Of a stretch of 64,000 nucleotides of DNA, positions 41,353 through 50,785 are shown in pieces. A program made the position numbers and the translations under genes. A model generated the notes under the pieces. It saw only the letters and a list, made by a program, of their open reading frames with translations. It was not told the DNA's origin and made no database searches. Position 1 is the stretch's first letter, and each line of letters opens with the position of its first letter. Source of the stretch: Desulfatiglandales bacterium (GTDB lineage: Bacteria > Desulfobacterota > DSM-4660 > Desulfatiglandales > Desulfatiglandaceae); assembly GCA_963666345.1 (NCBI GenBank), contig OY762721.1:3712001-3776000 (forward strand). The letters are read 5' to 3'.

Positions 41353-42102
41353 ATCGAAAGATCAGATGATCAGGTCGTACCCGGTTTTCACGGGGTCATC
41401 GAGTGCTTGGATAAGATCCCTTCAAGGGTCAGGGAGATCTGGATCGCCCGGGACAAGAGATCTGAAAGGGCGGGCCGGCTGGTTCGGCTGTGCAAGGAAA
41501 GAGACGTCTCCGTCAGGTTCAGGAGTAGCGCCGAGATAAAGAGGCTGTTCCCTGACATATCTCATCAGGGCTACATCGCCCTTGTGGACAGTTTCAGGTA
41601 CAGGGAGCTGGATGAGATCGCTCAGGCAGGGATTCAGGAAGGCAATGCTCTTATAATAGCGCTTGACCATATCACCGACGAAGGCAATCTGGCTTCGATC
41701 ATACGCACGGCTGCCTTTTTCGGGGCTCAGGGTCTGGTAATTCCGAAAGACCGTTCCGCAGGTGTCAGTCCAAGAGTGGCAAAACGCTCCGCCGGCGCTT
41801 CGGTATGGCTCCCCATCGCCAGGGTTGTGAATCTCGGAAGGGCACTGGATATATTGGATAAGAGAGATTTCTGGATAGTCGGAACCGGAGGCGAGAGCCC
41901 TGAAACCATACATGGGTTTGACTGGCGTCGAAATCTGGTGCTGGTACTTGGAAATGAAGAAAAGGGGCTTACAAAGGGGATCAGAAAGCGCTGTCATAAG
42001 GTCCTGTCCATTCCGGGCCGGGGAGGTCTTGATTCCTTAAATGTGGGTGTTGCCGCCGGTGTGGTCCTTTCCGAGATAGCGAGACAGAGAAAACCGGCAT
42101 GA
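41353..42102 (+). CDS. rlmB: 23S rRNA 2'-O-methyltransferase (TrmH/RlmB family); proposed ATC start
   Basis: HQG, LDHITDEGNLASIIRTA, LGNEEKGL, DSLNVGVAAG; N-terminal VPGFHGVIECL lies upstream of the first TTG (41407). Confidence 0.85.
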   Translation: MERSDDQVVPGFHGVIECLDKIPSRVREIWIARDKRSERAGRLVRLCKERDVSVRFRSSAEIKRLFPDISHQGYIALVDSFRYRELDEIAQAGIQEGNALIIALDHITDEGNLASIIRTAAFFGAQGLVIPKDRSAGVSPRVAKRSAGASVWLPIARVVNLGRALDILDKRDFWIVGTGGESPETIHGFDWRRNLVLVLGNEEKGLTKGIRKRCHKVLSIPGRGGLDSLNVGVAAGVVLSEIARQRKPA

Positions 42103-42155
42103 CCCGTTAATGCCGGGGCAGGGATGAGATTGAGCCGTGGTTATAAAGAAATGAT

Positions 42156-42770
42156 TCAGGACAGCGGGAATTTTTCAAGGGCACCAGATGTGAGCAGCGC
42201 CTTGATAAGCGCGCAGAGCGGCAGGCCCACCACGTTCGTGTACGATCCTGAGATCCCCTCTACCATAAATGAGCCGAGTCCCTGTATGGCGTAGCTGCCC
42301 GCCTTGCCGAAAGGCTCGCCCGATCTTATATACAGGTCTATCTCATCTGTTTCAAGCTCCTTTAGGCGTACCATTGTCGTGACGGTTTCTGAGTGACAAA
42401 CAGCTCCTTCGGGGTCAAGAAGACAGAAACCGGTTATCACCCTGTGCTCCCTGCCGCTCAGCGATTCGAGCATCAGGCGGGCATCCCGACTGCCGGCAGG
42501 CTTTCCCAGGATTTGGCCGTCGATGACAACGACCGTATCAGCCCCAAGTGTCCAGGCTCCCGAGGTTCGGGCAAATACGTCCGATGCCTTGCCGCGGGCC
42601 AGGATGAGGCTCAGATCCTCCGGAGTGCCGCAACCGTTTTCTTTCTCATCTATGCTGCTGACTACCGTCTTGAAAGGTATGTGCACCTGCGAAAGCAGGC
42701 TCTTGCGCCTGTCCGACGCAGAGGCCAGAATCAGCGGGGTGTTTTTTGTTATTGTCTTTGAACTCTTAAT
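42156..42770 (-). CDS. maf: Maf-family nucleoside triphosphate pyrophosphatase; proposed ATT start
   Basis: LILASASDRR lies upstream of GTG 42686; GADTVVV, LGKP, KAGSYAIQG, NVVGLP. Confidence 0.88.
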   Translation of the reverse strand: MKSSKTITKNTPLILASASDRRKSLLSQVHIPFKTVVSSIDEKENGCGTPEDLSLILARGKASDVFARTSGAWTLGADTVVVIDGQILGKPAGSRDARLMLESLSGREHRVITGFCLLDPEGAVCHSETVTTMVRLKELETDEIDLYIRSGEPFGKAGSYAIQGLGSFMVEGISGSYTNVVGLPLCALIKALLTSGALEKFPLS

Positions 42771-42782
42771 ATGCGGACCTCC

Positions 42783-43559
42783 CTAAAGGACTTGATCAAG
42801 CCTGAAAAGCCTCCTGGTATTCTCCGAGGTCTCGGCGCAGAGCAGCTCGTAGTCAATCCCCCTGAGCCTGGCGATTTCCCCGGCAGTATGAGTTACATAC
42901 AACGGTTCGTTCCTTTTGCCCCTTTTGGGCACGGGCGCCAGAAACGGGGCATCGGTTTCCACAAGCATATGCTCCAGCGGGATCCCTGACGCGACCTCCT
43001 TGATGGTGGCGGCATTCTTGAATGTCACGGTGCCGGGTATGGAGATAAGATAGCCCAGATCCATAAATATGCGGGCCAGCTCAGGATCGCCTGAGAAACA
43101 GTGTATGACCCCGAGATTTTCACCCTTTCCATATCTTTTCAGCATGGACAGTGTATCATCATGGGCATCCCTGTTGTGAATTATAACCGGTAAGCCCACA
43201 TCCCTTGCCCTTGCCAGCTGCCGGTCGAATGCCCTTATCTGGTCCTGCCTGGGTGAGCGGTTTCTGAAATAGTCGAGGCCTATTTCACCCCATGCGACTA
43301 CCTTGCGCCTTGACGCCAGCTCCGCCAGTTTATCCAGGACCTCTTTGCCGCATGATTTGCTCTCGTGCGGGTGAACCCCGACCGTTGCGAAGACGGATCG
43401 GTTTTCCTCGGCAAGTTCAATCGCCTTTACAGAGCTTTCAAGATCGGTCCCCACTGTTACGATGTGCGTAAGACCGCCCTCAAGAGCCCTTTCGATTACC
43501 TCTGAACGGTCTTCGTCAAAATCTTCCATGTCAAGATGTGCGTGACTGTCTATGATCAT
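42783..43559 (-). CDS. tatD: TatD-family deoxyribonuclease
   Basis: DSHAHL, GVHPH, GEIGLDY, IHNRDA, HCFSG, ETDAPFLAP. Confidence 0.95.
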   Translation of the reverse strand: MIIDSHAHLDMEDFDEDRSEVIERALEGGLTHIVTVGTDLESSVKAIELAEENRSVFATVGVHPHESKSCGKEVLDKLAELASRRKVVAWGEIGLDYFRNRSPRQDQIRAFDRQLARARDVGLPVIIHNRDAHDDTLSMLKRYGKGENLGVIHCFSGDPELARIFMDLGYLISIPGTVTFKNAATIKEVASGIPLEHMLVETDAPFLAPVPKRGKRNEPLYVTHTAGEIARLRGIDYELLCAETSENTRRLFRLDQVL

Positions 43560-43640
43560 TATTATATTACCTCTGTTTCATTATAAGACCCGGTTTTTTT
43601 GGCCGGGCTCGATAAAACAGCTCTTTCCTGATGGACCGGG

Positions 43641-43719
43641 AAAGTTACTAGAGTTACTAGAGTTACTAGAGTGACTAAAGTGACTAAAGTGACTAAAGTG
43701 ACTAGAGTGACTAAAGTTA
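43641..43719. repeat. 9-bp tandem repeat array, consensus A(A/G)AGT(T/G)ACT, 8 full units plus a partial
   Basis: AAAGTTACT AGAGTTACT AGAGTTACT AGAGTGACT AAAGTGACT x3 AGAGTGACT AAAGTTA. Confidence 0.95.
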
Positions 43720-43989
43720 AGAGTGCCGTAAAATTACGGAACCGCTGCTCCTTTTTTAAAGGTGGCACAGGAGCCCTTTGGTCCAGGCATCCTGGCTCCC
43801 TGCATAGCGCCCCGTCCTCTTTCAGGGGGGAGCCAATGGCCGGGATTTGATCTTTCAGGCTACGGTGAAGATCCGAGATATAGTGTAAGTATAATGGTTT
43901 GGCAAATAAATATGTTGCATATTCTGTATTTTTTTTTACAATTGGATGCGATATCATACTTTATCGGCCTCTATTAAAAGGTAATTATT

Positions 43990-46308
43990 ATGGCTGTATC
44001 TCTCAAAAAAACAGATGATTTAGATTCAAACGACAAGCCTATCGAGCAGCAACTCGAGTATCAGAAGAGGCTTAACAATATCACTCATCGAATCCATGCT
44101 GCCACTGATACGAATGATATCCTCCTTAACCTGCAGGAAGAGATCCTGAGCTTCTTTGATGCCGACAGGATAACCGTTTATGTAGTGGACGGCATAAGAA
44201 GGCAGATCGTTTCAAAGTTCAAGACTGGTAACGAGGTGAGCGAGATCCGCGTGAATATCTCAAACGATAGCATCGCCGGTTTTTGCGCATCAACCGGAAA
44301 GGTAATAAACATAGGTGATGTAAACGATGTCGAAGAACTTCGGAACATAAGCATCCCCATGAAGTTTGACCGCAGCTGGGATGAAAAGACCGGGTACAAG
44401 ACCCGGCAGATGCTTGCGGCCCCAATTATGTACGACAGGTACCTCCTGGGTGTTATCCAGCTGATAAACAAGAGGAGCGGGGAGCGGTTCACGGGCGATG
44501 ATGAAAATGCCGTCCAGGATATCGGTAAGGTCCTGGGGATCGCCTTTTTCAAAAACCAGAAGGCGACCAAGAAAAGCAAGCCCACCAAGTTCGACTTCCT
44601 TATTTCGAACAATATCGTAAGCGGCAAGGACCTGTCCGAGGCCATGATCCGGGCCAGGAAGGGGAAAAGGACGGTGGAGTCCGTCCTGATAAGTGATTTC
44701 AAGGTATCCAAGCAGGACATAGGCAAATCGGTTTCCACTTTTTACAACACCAGGTTCATCCCGTATGACGACAAGATGGTAATACCCGGCGAACTCCTTA
44801 AAGGCCTCAGGGTAAGCTATCTGAAAAGCAATGTCTTTGTTCCTGTCTCCGAGTCGGACAACAGGGTTACTGTTGTACTTGAAAATCCCAATTACCTGCC
44901 GGCCCGTGATGCGGTAAAAAGGATGATGCCCGACAAGAAATTTGAGTATTGTGTCTCTCTCAAAGAGGATATCTTCAAGATTATCGATCTCTTTTTCGAC
45001 GTCAAGAGAACGGATCTGCTGAAGGATTCGGGCAGTATCGAGGACATACTGGGGCAGCTGGAAACCGGGGAAGACGAGTACGACGAAGAAATCGAAGGCA
45101 TGAATGAAGAGGACAGCGCCATTGTCCAGCTGGTCAACAAGATGATCGTGGATGCGGCCAACCGGGGGGCATCGGACATTCATATAGAACCGAGGCAGGG
45201 AAAGGCAAATGCGGTAATAAGGATAAGGATCGACGGGGCCTGTCAGGTGTATCAGACCCTGCCCTATACGTTCAAGCGGGCGATCGTTTCAAGGATCAAG
45301 ATCATGTCGGATCTGGATATCGCGGAAAGAAGGATACCGCAGGATGGGAAGATAAAATTCAGGAGGTTCGCTCCCCTTGATATTGAGCTGCGTGTGGCCA
45401 CCATCCCCACCGCCGGCCAGAACGAGGATATAGTCATGCGGCTGCTGGCTGCAGGCGATCCCATCCCGCTTGACAGGATGGGTATGAGCAGCAAGACCTA
45501 TGATTCCCTTGTGGAAATGATTACAAAACCCTACGGTATCGTGCTTGTGGTCGGCCCTACAGGCAGCGGTAAAACCACCACCCTGCATGCGGCACTGGCC
45601 CACATAAACAAGCCTGAAACAAAGATCTGGACGGCCGAGGACCCTGTAGAGATAACCCAGGAAGGCTTGCGCCAGGTCCAGGTCGTACCCAAGATAGGGT
45701 TTGATTTTGCCACCGCCATGAGGGCCTTTTTGAGGGCTGACCCGGATGTGATAATGGTCGGAGAGATGAGGGATCAGGAGACCGTTTCAACCGGTATCGA
45801 GGCCTCTCTCACCGGCCACATGGTTTTCAGCACCCTGCACACGAACAGCGCGCCTGAGACGATCACCAGGCTCCTGGACATGGGTATGGACCCTTTTAAT
45901 TTCGCCGACGCCCTTCTGGGGGTCCTGGCTCAGAGGCTGGTAAGGACCCTTTGTAAAGACTGCAGGGAAAAATATCACCCGGACAGGGGGGAGTACGACA
46001 ATCTTGTCAGGGCCTATGCAGGTGATTTCGAGGCCCTCGGATTTGAATATAACGATGATTTCGTCCTCTACCGGCCCAAGGGATGCGACAAATGCGGAAA
46101 TACCGGTTACCGGGGCAGAACCGGACTGCATGAACTGCTTGTGGGCACCGACGAGATGAAGGCGGCCATCCAGAACAGGGCCAAGATGGAGGACCTGAGG
46201 GCGCAGGCCATTAAGGATGGAATGGCCACGCTCCTGCAGGACGGTGTAAGAAAGGTCTGTCTCGGCATAACCGATCTGATTCAGGTAAGAAAGGTCTGCA
46301 TCAAGTAG
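43990..46308 (+). CDS. GspE/PilB-family secretion ATPase with N-terminal GAF domain
   Basis: GAF (SIAGFCA, DEKTGYKTRQMLAAPI, GVIQLINK); SDIHIEP, GPTGSGKTTT, RADPDVIMVGEMRD, STLHTN, CxxC...CxxC. Confidence 0.9.
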   Translation: MAVSLKKTDDLDSNDKPIEQQLEYQKRLNNITHRIHAATDTNDILLNLQEEILSFFDADRITVYVVDGIRRQIVSKFKTGNEVSEIRVNISNDSIAGFCASTGKVINIGDVNDVEELRNISIPMKFDRSWDEKTGYKTRQMLAAPIMYDRYLLGVIQLINKRSGERFTGDDENAVQDIGKVLGIAFFKNQKATKKSKPTKFDFLISNNIVSGKDLSEAMIRARKGKRTVESVLISDFKVSKQDIGKSVSTFYNTRFIPYDDKMVIPGELLKGLRVSYLKSNVFVPVSESDNRVTVVLENPNYLPARDAVKRMMPDKKFEYCVSLKEDIFKIIDLFFDVKRTDLLKDSGSIEDILGQLETGEDEYDEEIEGMNEEDSAIVQLVNKMIVDAANRGASDIHIEPRQGKANAVIRIRIDGACQVYQTLPYTFKRAIVSRIKIMSDLDIAERRIPQDGKIKFRRFAPLDIELRVATIPTAGQNEDIVMRLLAAGDPIPLDRMGMSSKTYDSLVEMITKPYGIVLVVGPTGSGKTTTLHAALAHINKPETKIWTAEDPVEITQEGLRQVQVVPKIGFDFATAMRAFLRADPDVIMVGEMRDQETVSTGIEASLTGHMVFSTLHTNSAPETITRLLDMGMDPFNFADALLGVLAQRLVRTLCKDCREKYHPDRGEYDNLVRAYAGDFEALGFEYNDDFVLYRPKGCDKCGNTGYRGRTGLHELLVGTDEMKAAIQNRAKMEDLRAQAIKDGMATLLQDGVRKVCLGITDLIQVRKVCIK

Positions 46309-46327
46309 CAAGACCGTCCCCCCGGCA

Positions 46328-47389
46328 TCAGGGGTAGATCCCGGGATGAAGCAGCCCCGCGGTCTCATCCAGGCCGAAGAGGAGGTTCATGTTCTGAACC
46401 GCGCTTCCAGCCTGCCCCTTTACGAGATTGTCTATCAGACTTACCACGACGAGAGTTCCGGTCCTTTCATCAATATTGAGCGAAAGATTGCAGAAATTGC
46501 TGCCTCTGACGTTTACGCTCGCCTGGGGCTTGTCAGGGCCGTATACCCTTATGAACCTGTCTTTTTCGTAAAAGGAGTCGTAGGCCTCTATTACGCCGTT
46601 TATATCAATCCCCTGATCCAGCCTGGCGTAAATGGTGGTAAGAATTCCGCGGCAGAGCGGTACTACATGGGGCGTGAAGGTTATGGTTATATCCTCGTCC
46701 GCCAGTAGTCCGAGTTCTCTTTCCACTTCATATACATGCTGGTGACCCGAGATCTTATAGGCGTTCATGGTGTCATATCTGGCCGGGTAGTGAAATGTCG
46801 GGCTCGGCTTCTTCCCCGCCCCCGATACCCCCGTCTTTGCGTCGCATATTATGCTTTTCCTGTCTATCAACCGGTCCCTGACGGCGGGCGCGATTCCCAG
46901 GATACAGCTGACCGCGAAGCATCCGGGGTTCCCGATAAGATCCGATCCTTCGATATCCTTTCTGTGAAGCTCCGCAAGTCCGTAAACCGAACGGGGCAGA
47001 AGCGAGGGGGCCGAGTGTTCACCGGAACGCCCGATCCTTTCCGCATAGCCTCTGTATGTATCGGGATCATTGAATCTGAAGTCCCCGCTGTAATCAATGA
47101 CCCTGGCGCCCTTTTCAAGCCATGCGGACGCCTCTTTCTGCCCGACACCGTCAGGGGTGGCAAAAAATACGACATCAAAATCATCCGGTCTGTTTTTATC
47201 TTCAGGGGCCGTGATCGGAAGGTCGCAGAAACCTGTCAGGTGAGGATACAATTCACTTATTGGCCTGCCCACATCCTGCATGTCGATCAAGGCCGCTATC
47301 TCCGCATGAGGATGGGCCTGAAGCAGTTCAACGGCCCCGCAGCCTCCGTATCCTCCCGCACCTATTATTCCAACCCTTATCTTTTTCAT
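46328..47389 (-). CDS. argC: N-acetyl-gamma-glutamyl-phosphate reductase
   Basis: GNPGCF, TGVSGAG, FTPHVVP..RGI, IDNLVKGQAGSAVQNMN. Confidence 0.93.
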   Translation of the reverse strand: MKKIRVGIIGAGGYGGCGAVELLQAHPHAEIAALIDMQDVGRPISELYPHLTGFCDLPITAPEDKNRPDDFDVVFFATPDGVGQKEASAWLEKGARVIDYSGDFRFNDPDTYRGYAERIGRSGEHSAPSLLPRSVYGLAELHRKDIEGSDLIGNPGCFAVSCILGIAPAVRDRLIDRKSIICDAKTGVSGAGKKPSPTFHYPARYDTMNAYKISGHQHVYEVERELGLLADEDITITFTPHVVPLCRGILTTIYARLDQGIDINGVIEAYDSFYEKDRFIRVYGPDKPQASVNVRGSNFCNLSLNIDERTGTLVVVSLIDNLVKGQAGSAVQNMNLLFGLDETAGLLHPGIYP

Positions 47390-47473
47390 GCCTGCTTTAC
47401 CTCTCTTGATCTATTTGAAAAAAGTCAAATTCAGACGATATCGGAGAAAGTTTCTCCCGCCTGTGCGGGACCG

Positions 47474-48517
47474 TCATACGTTGAATCTGAAATTAATTAT
47501 ATCGCCGTCTTTTACGATGTATTCCTTCCCCTCCAGACGGGCCAGCCCCGCCTTTTTTGCCTCCTGCATGCCGCCGCATTGCCTGAGGTCATCAAATGAG
47601 ACTACCTCGGCCCTTATAAACCCCTTTTTTATGTCGGAGTGGATTTCTCCGGCCGCATCAAGGGCCGCTGTGCCCTCTGCTATAGGCCATGCCTTTACTT
47701 CGTCACTGCCTACGGTAAAAAATGATATCCGGTTAAGCAGCCTGAAAGAACTGCTTATCACCCTGTCCAGGACGGTTTCCCGGATATTATACGCCTCCTT
47801 GAATTCTTCCGCCTCCTCCTGCTCCATGGAAGAGATATCCATCTCAAGACGCCCCCGCACTACAAGCATTTCAACCCCTTCAGGCATCTTTTTCCATTCC
47901 GGAGGGGCCTCGTCTTCATCGTCATTATTACAGATTATGAGCAGGGGTTTTGCCGAAAGAAAAGTGAATCCCCTGAGCAGCGGGGCCTTGGCCAGTTCCG
48001 GCCGGAGGCGAAGAGGGCGCCCTTTTTCAAGGACCTCAATACATCTTTTCAGGAGGTCTTCTTCATCGCCCTCCGGCGTTCTGCCCCTCTTGCGGTCGGC
48101 GTCGAGCCTTTCGATGCGTTTTTCAGCAACAAGCAGATCGCTGACTATCATTTCATCCTCTACACGCCGGAAATCATCTTCCGAGGCAGGCATTTCACCA
48201 CCCATGTTCACGAAATTGCGTACCACATGAAATAACGCATCAGCAGTCCTGAGCTGATTCCATACGCCGCTTTCAGACTTGGACGCAGAAGCGCCTGAAA
48301 TCTCGGAGGGCAGGAAATATTCTATCTTGGCACGGGTCGTCTTTTTCGGTTTGAACATCCGGCTCAGAAAATCCACCCTCTCATCCATAACCGTAACCGT
48401 GGCAACACGGGTGTCGGATCGTCCCGCGGCAGAGTCCAGCTCTCCCCTTGCGCCTGTCAGGGCGGTAAATATAGTCGATTTTCCGGTCTGCAGAAGCCCT
48501 GCAATTCCGAGTTTCAT
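47474..48517 (-). CDS. YchF/Obg-like ATPase paralogue with DUF933 (TGS-like) C-terminus
   Basis: GLLQTGKST, ADALFHVVR, SFFTVG..EVKAW, AGEIHSDI.KGFIRAEV, EGKEYIVKDGDII.FRFNV. Confidence 0.85.
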   Translation of the reverse strand: MKLGIAGLLQTGKSTIFTALTGARGELDSAAGRSDTRVATVTVMDERVDFLSRMFKPKKTTRAKIEYFLPSEISGASASKSESGVWNQLRTADALFHVVRNFVNMGGEMPASEDDFRRVEDEMIVSDLLVAEKRIERLDADRKRGRTPEGDEEDLLKRCIEVLEKGRPLRLRPELAKAPLLRGFTFLSAKPLLIICNNDDEDEAPPEWKKMPEGVEMLVVRGRLEMDISSMEQEEAEEFKEAYNIRETVLDRVISSSFRLLNRISFFTVGSDEVKAWPIAEGTAALDAAGEIHSDIKKGFIRAEVVSFDDLRQCGGMQEAKKAGLARLEGKEYIVKDGDIINFRFNV

Positions 48518-48569
48518 GTCACTTATGACCTCTCTTTCATCTAAAAATAACCTGTATGATCAGACAACT

Positions 48570-49286
48570 CTAAAACTTGATGCCTTTCCTTCGCCTCAGC
48601 AGTATATAGATCGCGCCTGTGCCTCCATCATAGGGTCTGGCAGTTGAAAAGGCCAGTACGATTTTTTTCGCGGGACCTTTTCTCAACCAGCCGGGGAGCC
48701 TCTCTTTTAAGACAGGGATGTTGTTCTCCGAATTGAGCCCCCTTCCATGAACAACAAGGACGCATCTCAGGCCCCTTCTATGGCTGTTTACCAGAAAATC
48801 CCTTATCTTGACTTCAGCCTCCCGCTTATTAAGACCGTGCAGATCCGTATGGTCCTGAATCGGAAAGCGGCCCCTCTTGAGCCTCTGCATAAGTTTTAGG
48901 CTGAAACCCTGCACGGATCCCTCTATATATTCATCACTGAATGTGATATCCAGCTCAGCGCTTCCTGTGACAAGGTCGGATAGATGGGCCATGACCTCCA
49001 TGTCTTCGTCCTTCAGGCCGTGAGAGGGCCTCAGGTTGGGATCAGGTTCCCTGGTCACCAGCTTTTTCCCGCCCGAGATCGGCTTGACACCGCTCATGGC
49101 CTCGACAAAAAAGCGGGAATCCTCTTCTTCCGCATCTATGTCCTTTTGGGCCTTTTTCCGAGGCCTCTCAGGGGCGGTCCGCCTTTCAGGTCTGAGACCG
49201 TCGGATCGGCTCAGCGCTGGATTAAAGATTCCAGGTGACTTTTTTTTCGCCTTTTTGAGGCCTTTTTTCTTTTTTCCGCGGGCCAT
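48570..49286 (-). CDS. Smr/MutS2 C-terminal domain protein
   Basis: DLHGL, LVVHGRGLNS, PVLK, DGGTGAIYILL. Confidence 0.9.
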   Translation of the reverse strand: MARGKKKKGLKKAKKKSPGIFNPALSRSDGLRPERRTAPERPRKKAQKDIDAEEEDSRFFVEAMSGVKPISGGKKLVTREPDPNLRPSHGLKDEDMEVMAHLSDLVTGSAELDITFSDEYIEGSVQGFSLKLMQRLKRGRFPIQDHTDLHGLNKREAEVKIRDFLVNSHRRGLRCVLVVHGRGLNSENNIPVLKERLPGWLRKGPAKKIVLAFSTARPYDGGTGAIYILLRRRKGIKF

Positions 49287-49579
49287 TAAACAATTCTTTG
49301 TTCTAATGAAATTAATAAGTTATAGAATGAACTTGAAATATATAACAGATAAAATATTATGTGTCATCTCCAAAAAAGCACTCGCCGGGATCTTGCGGCC
49401 TGTTTGAAGGGATATGGAATATCCTGTCCATACTGAAAGGCGGGACAAAATCCGCCCTGCCTGAAAAAGCGGGGTAAATGCCGTAATGAGAGAAACTCAA
49501 AGGATACCTGAAACTGTGGAGTCAACCGGCTTCACGCCCGGTCATACATGGCCGGGATTCTTTACAAAAGGGATAAAAC

Positions 49580-50212
49580 ATGGCAAGAATAGATGATTAT
49601 AAAAACGCGTTAAAACTGGGGAAGATGGAACTGAAGGGACTTGATCCGGCTCAAATTGCCGAGTTCAGCGGTTCTGACTTCAAGGCGAATCCGGAAGGAA
49701 ACGGTGTCCTGGGTCTTGATTTTCTGAACAGGCGGGTTGACCTCTCTTTTCCTGAAATGAACTTTTCCCATGCCGATTCAGGTGAGGAGGTACCGCTCCA
49801 GGAACAGGTGCTGATACTTCACTATCTGAAAGGGGCGAAAGGGTCACAGCCGTCAGGGAAATGGGTCTCCTATCAGGATATCCCTGACGGAAGGTTTTAT
49901 CTCGACGCCTTTCTGAGAAGGGCGAAGATCCCTCTGGTGCAGGTTTTCGGACGGAATCCCGATCTGCTTGAAAGGCTTGCCGCCGAGCGATACGGCGCAA
50001 GGCCTTTTGAACATGGGGATGTCTCATCGTGCCTTGATGCATTTGCAAAGGTCCCTGTAGCCCTTATCATATGGAGAGGGGATGACGAATTTCCGCCCGA
50101 AGGAAATATCCTTTTTGACAGCAGTATCTCCGGTATCCTCTCTGCCGAGGATATCGCGTGGCTGGCCGGGATGATCGTTTATCCCCTTATAGGAATGTCA
50201 AAGAATATGTAA
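49580..50212 (+). CDS. DUF3786-family protein
   Basis: LILHYL, W.SY.DIPDG.FY..AF, IWRGDDEFPPEGNILFD, LSAEDI. Confidence 0.85.
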   Translation: MARIDDYKNALKLGKMELKGLDPAQIAEFSGSDFKANPEGNGVLGLDFLNRRVDLSFPEMNFSHADSGEEVPLQEQVLILHYLKGAKGSQPSGKWVSYQDIPDGRFYLDAFLRRAKIPLVQVFGRNPDLLERLAAERYGARPFEHGDVSSCLDAFAKVPVALIIWRGDDEFPPEGNILFDSSISGILSAEDIAWLAGMIVYPLIGMSKNM

Positions 50213-50279
50213 TGATTGCTGCTTAGCTATGTGTTTGCTCCTTATTCAGGCGCAAAGATCATGAACAGGAGAAGGATTT

Positions 50280-50780
50280 ATGAATGACGGTAATGTACTG
50301 GTAGGGGTCATTATGGGGAGCACCTCGGATTCTGAAATGATGAAGGGGTGCATGGATGTACTCAATGAACTTCAGGTGGCACACGAGGTCAAGGTGCTTT
50401 CGGCACATCGTACGCCTGATCTTACAAGAGAGTACGCCTCAACTGCGGCAAAAAGAGGTGTAGAGGTAATCATAGCCGGTGCCGGGTGGGCCGCGCATCT
50501 GGCAGGGGCCATAGCGTCCAATACACTGCTCCCGGTCATAGGGGTTCCTATCGATTCCTCTCCCTTAAAGGGTTTTGATGCCCTGCTTTCAACGGTGCAG
50601 ATGCCTCCCGGAATACCGGTCGCTACCGTATCGGTTGGAAGCGGGGGAGCCGGAAATGCGGCCGTGCTTGCCGCGCAGATCCTCGCGCTCAAGCATCCTT
50701 CCATCTCCGAAAGGCTCAAGGCATACCGGCAGGGTATAACCGATAAGGCGGCCCAAAAAGTGAACTCTCTTGACGGGTAA
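50280..50780 (+). CDS. purE: N5-carboxyaminoimidazole ribonucleotide mutase
   Basis: [37 protein letters not shown]. Confidence 0.96.
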   Translation: MNDGNVLVGVIMGSTSDSEMMKGCMDVLNELQVAHEVKVLSAHRTPDLTREYASTAAKRGVEVIIAGAGWAAHLAGAIASNTLLPVIGVPIDSSPLKGFDALLSTVQMPPGIPVATVSVGSGGAGNAAVLAAQILALKHPSISERLKAYRQGITDKAAQKVNSLDG

Positions 50781-50785
50781 AAAAG

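Noticed and set aside
42156..43559. Pyrrolysine/amber read-through TatD-Maf fusion
   Set aside because: A strong SD directly after the TAG with a well-spaced ATT explains it more simply; no pyl genes here; several other genes end normally in TAG
43562..43957. 131-aa ORF with (LVT)n repeat
   Set aside because: The repeat is just the 9-bp DNA array translated; no protein-like features; lies across a divergent promoter region
46736..48230. Long plus-strand ORFs (287 and 280 aa) and similar antisense ORFs across the window
   Set aside because: Shadows of well-supported opposite-strand genes (argC, ychF-like, etc.)
49405..49565. Hairpin-rich leader before DUF3786-purE, faintly like a c-di-GMP-I or ZTP riboswitch
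   Set aside because: Conserved cores (GGCAAAC...GACGCAAAGC; GACTGGCG...CGCCTGGG) are not matched; an Rfam scan would settle it
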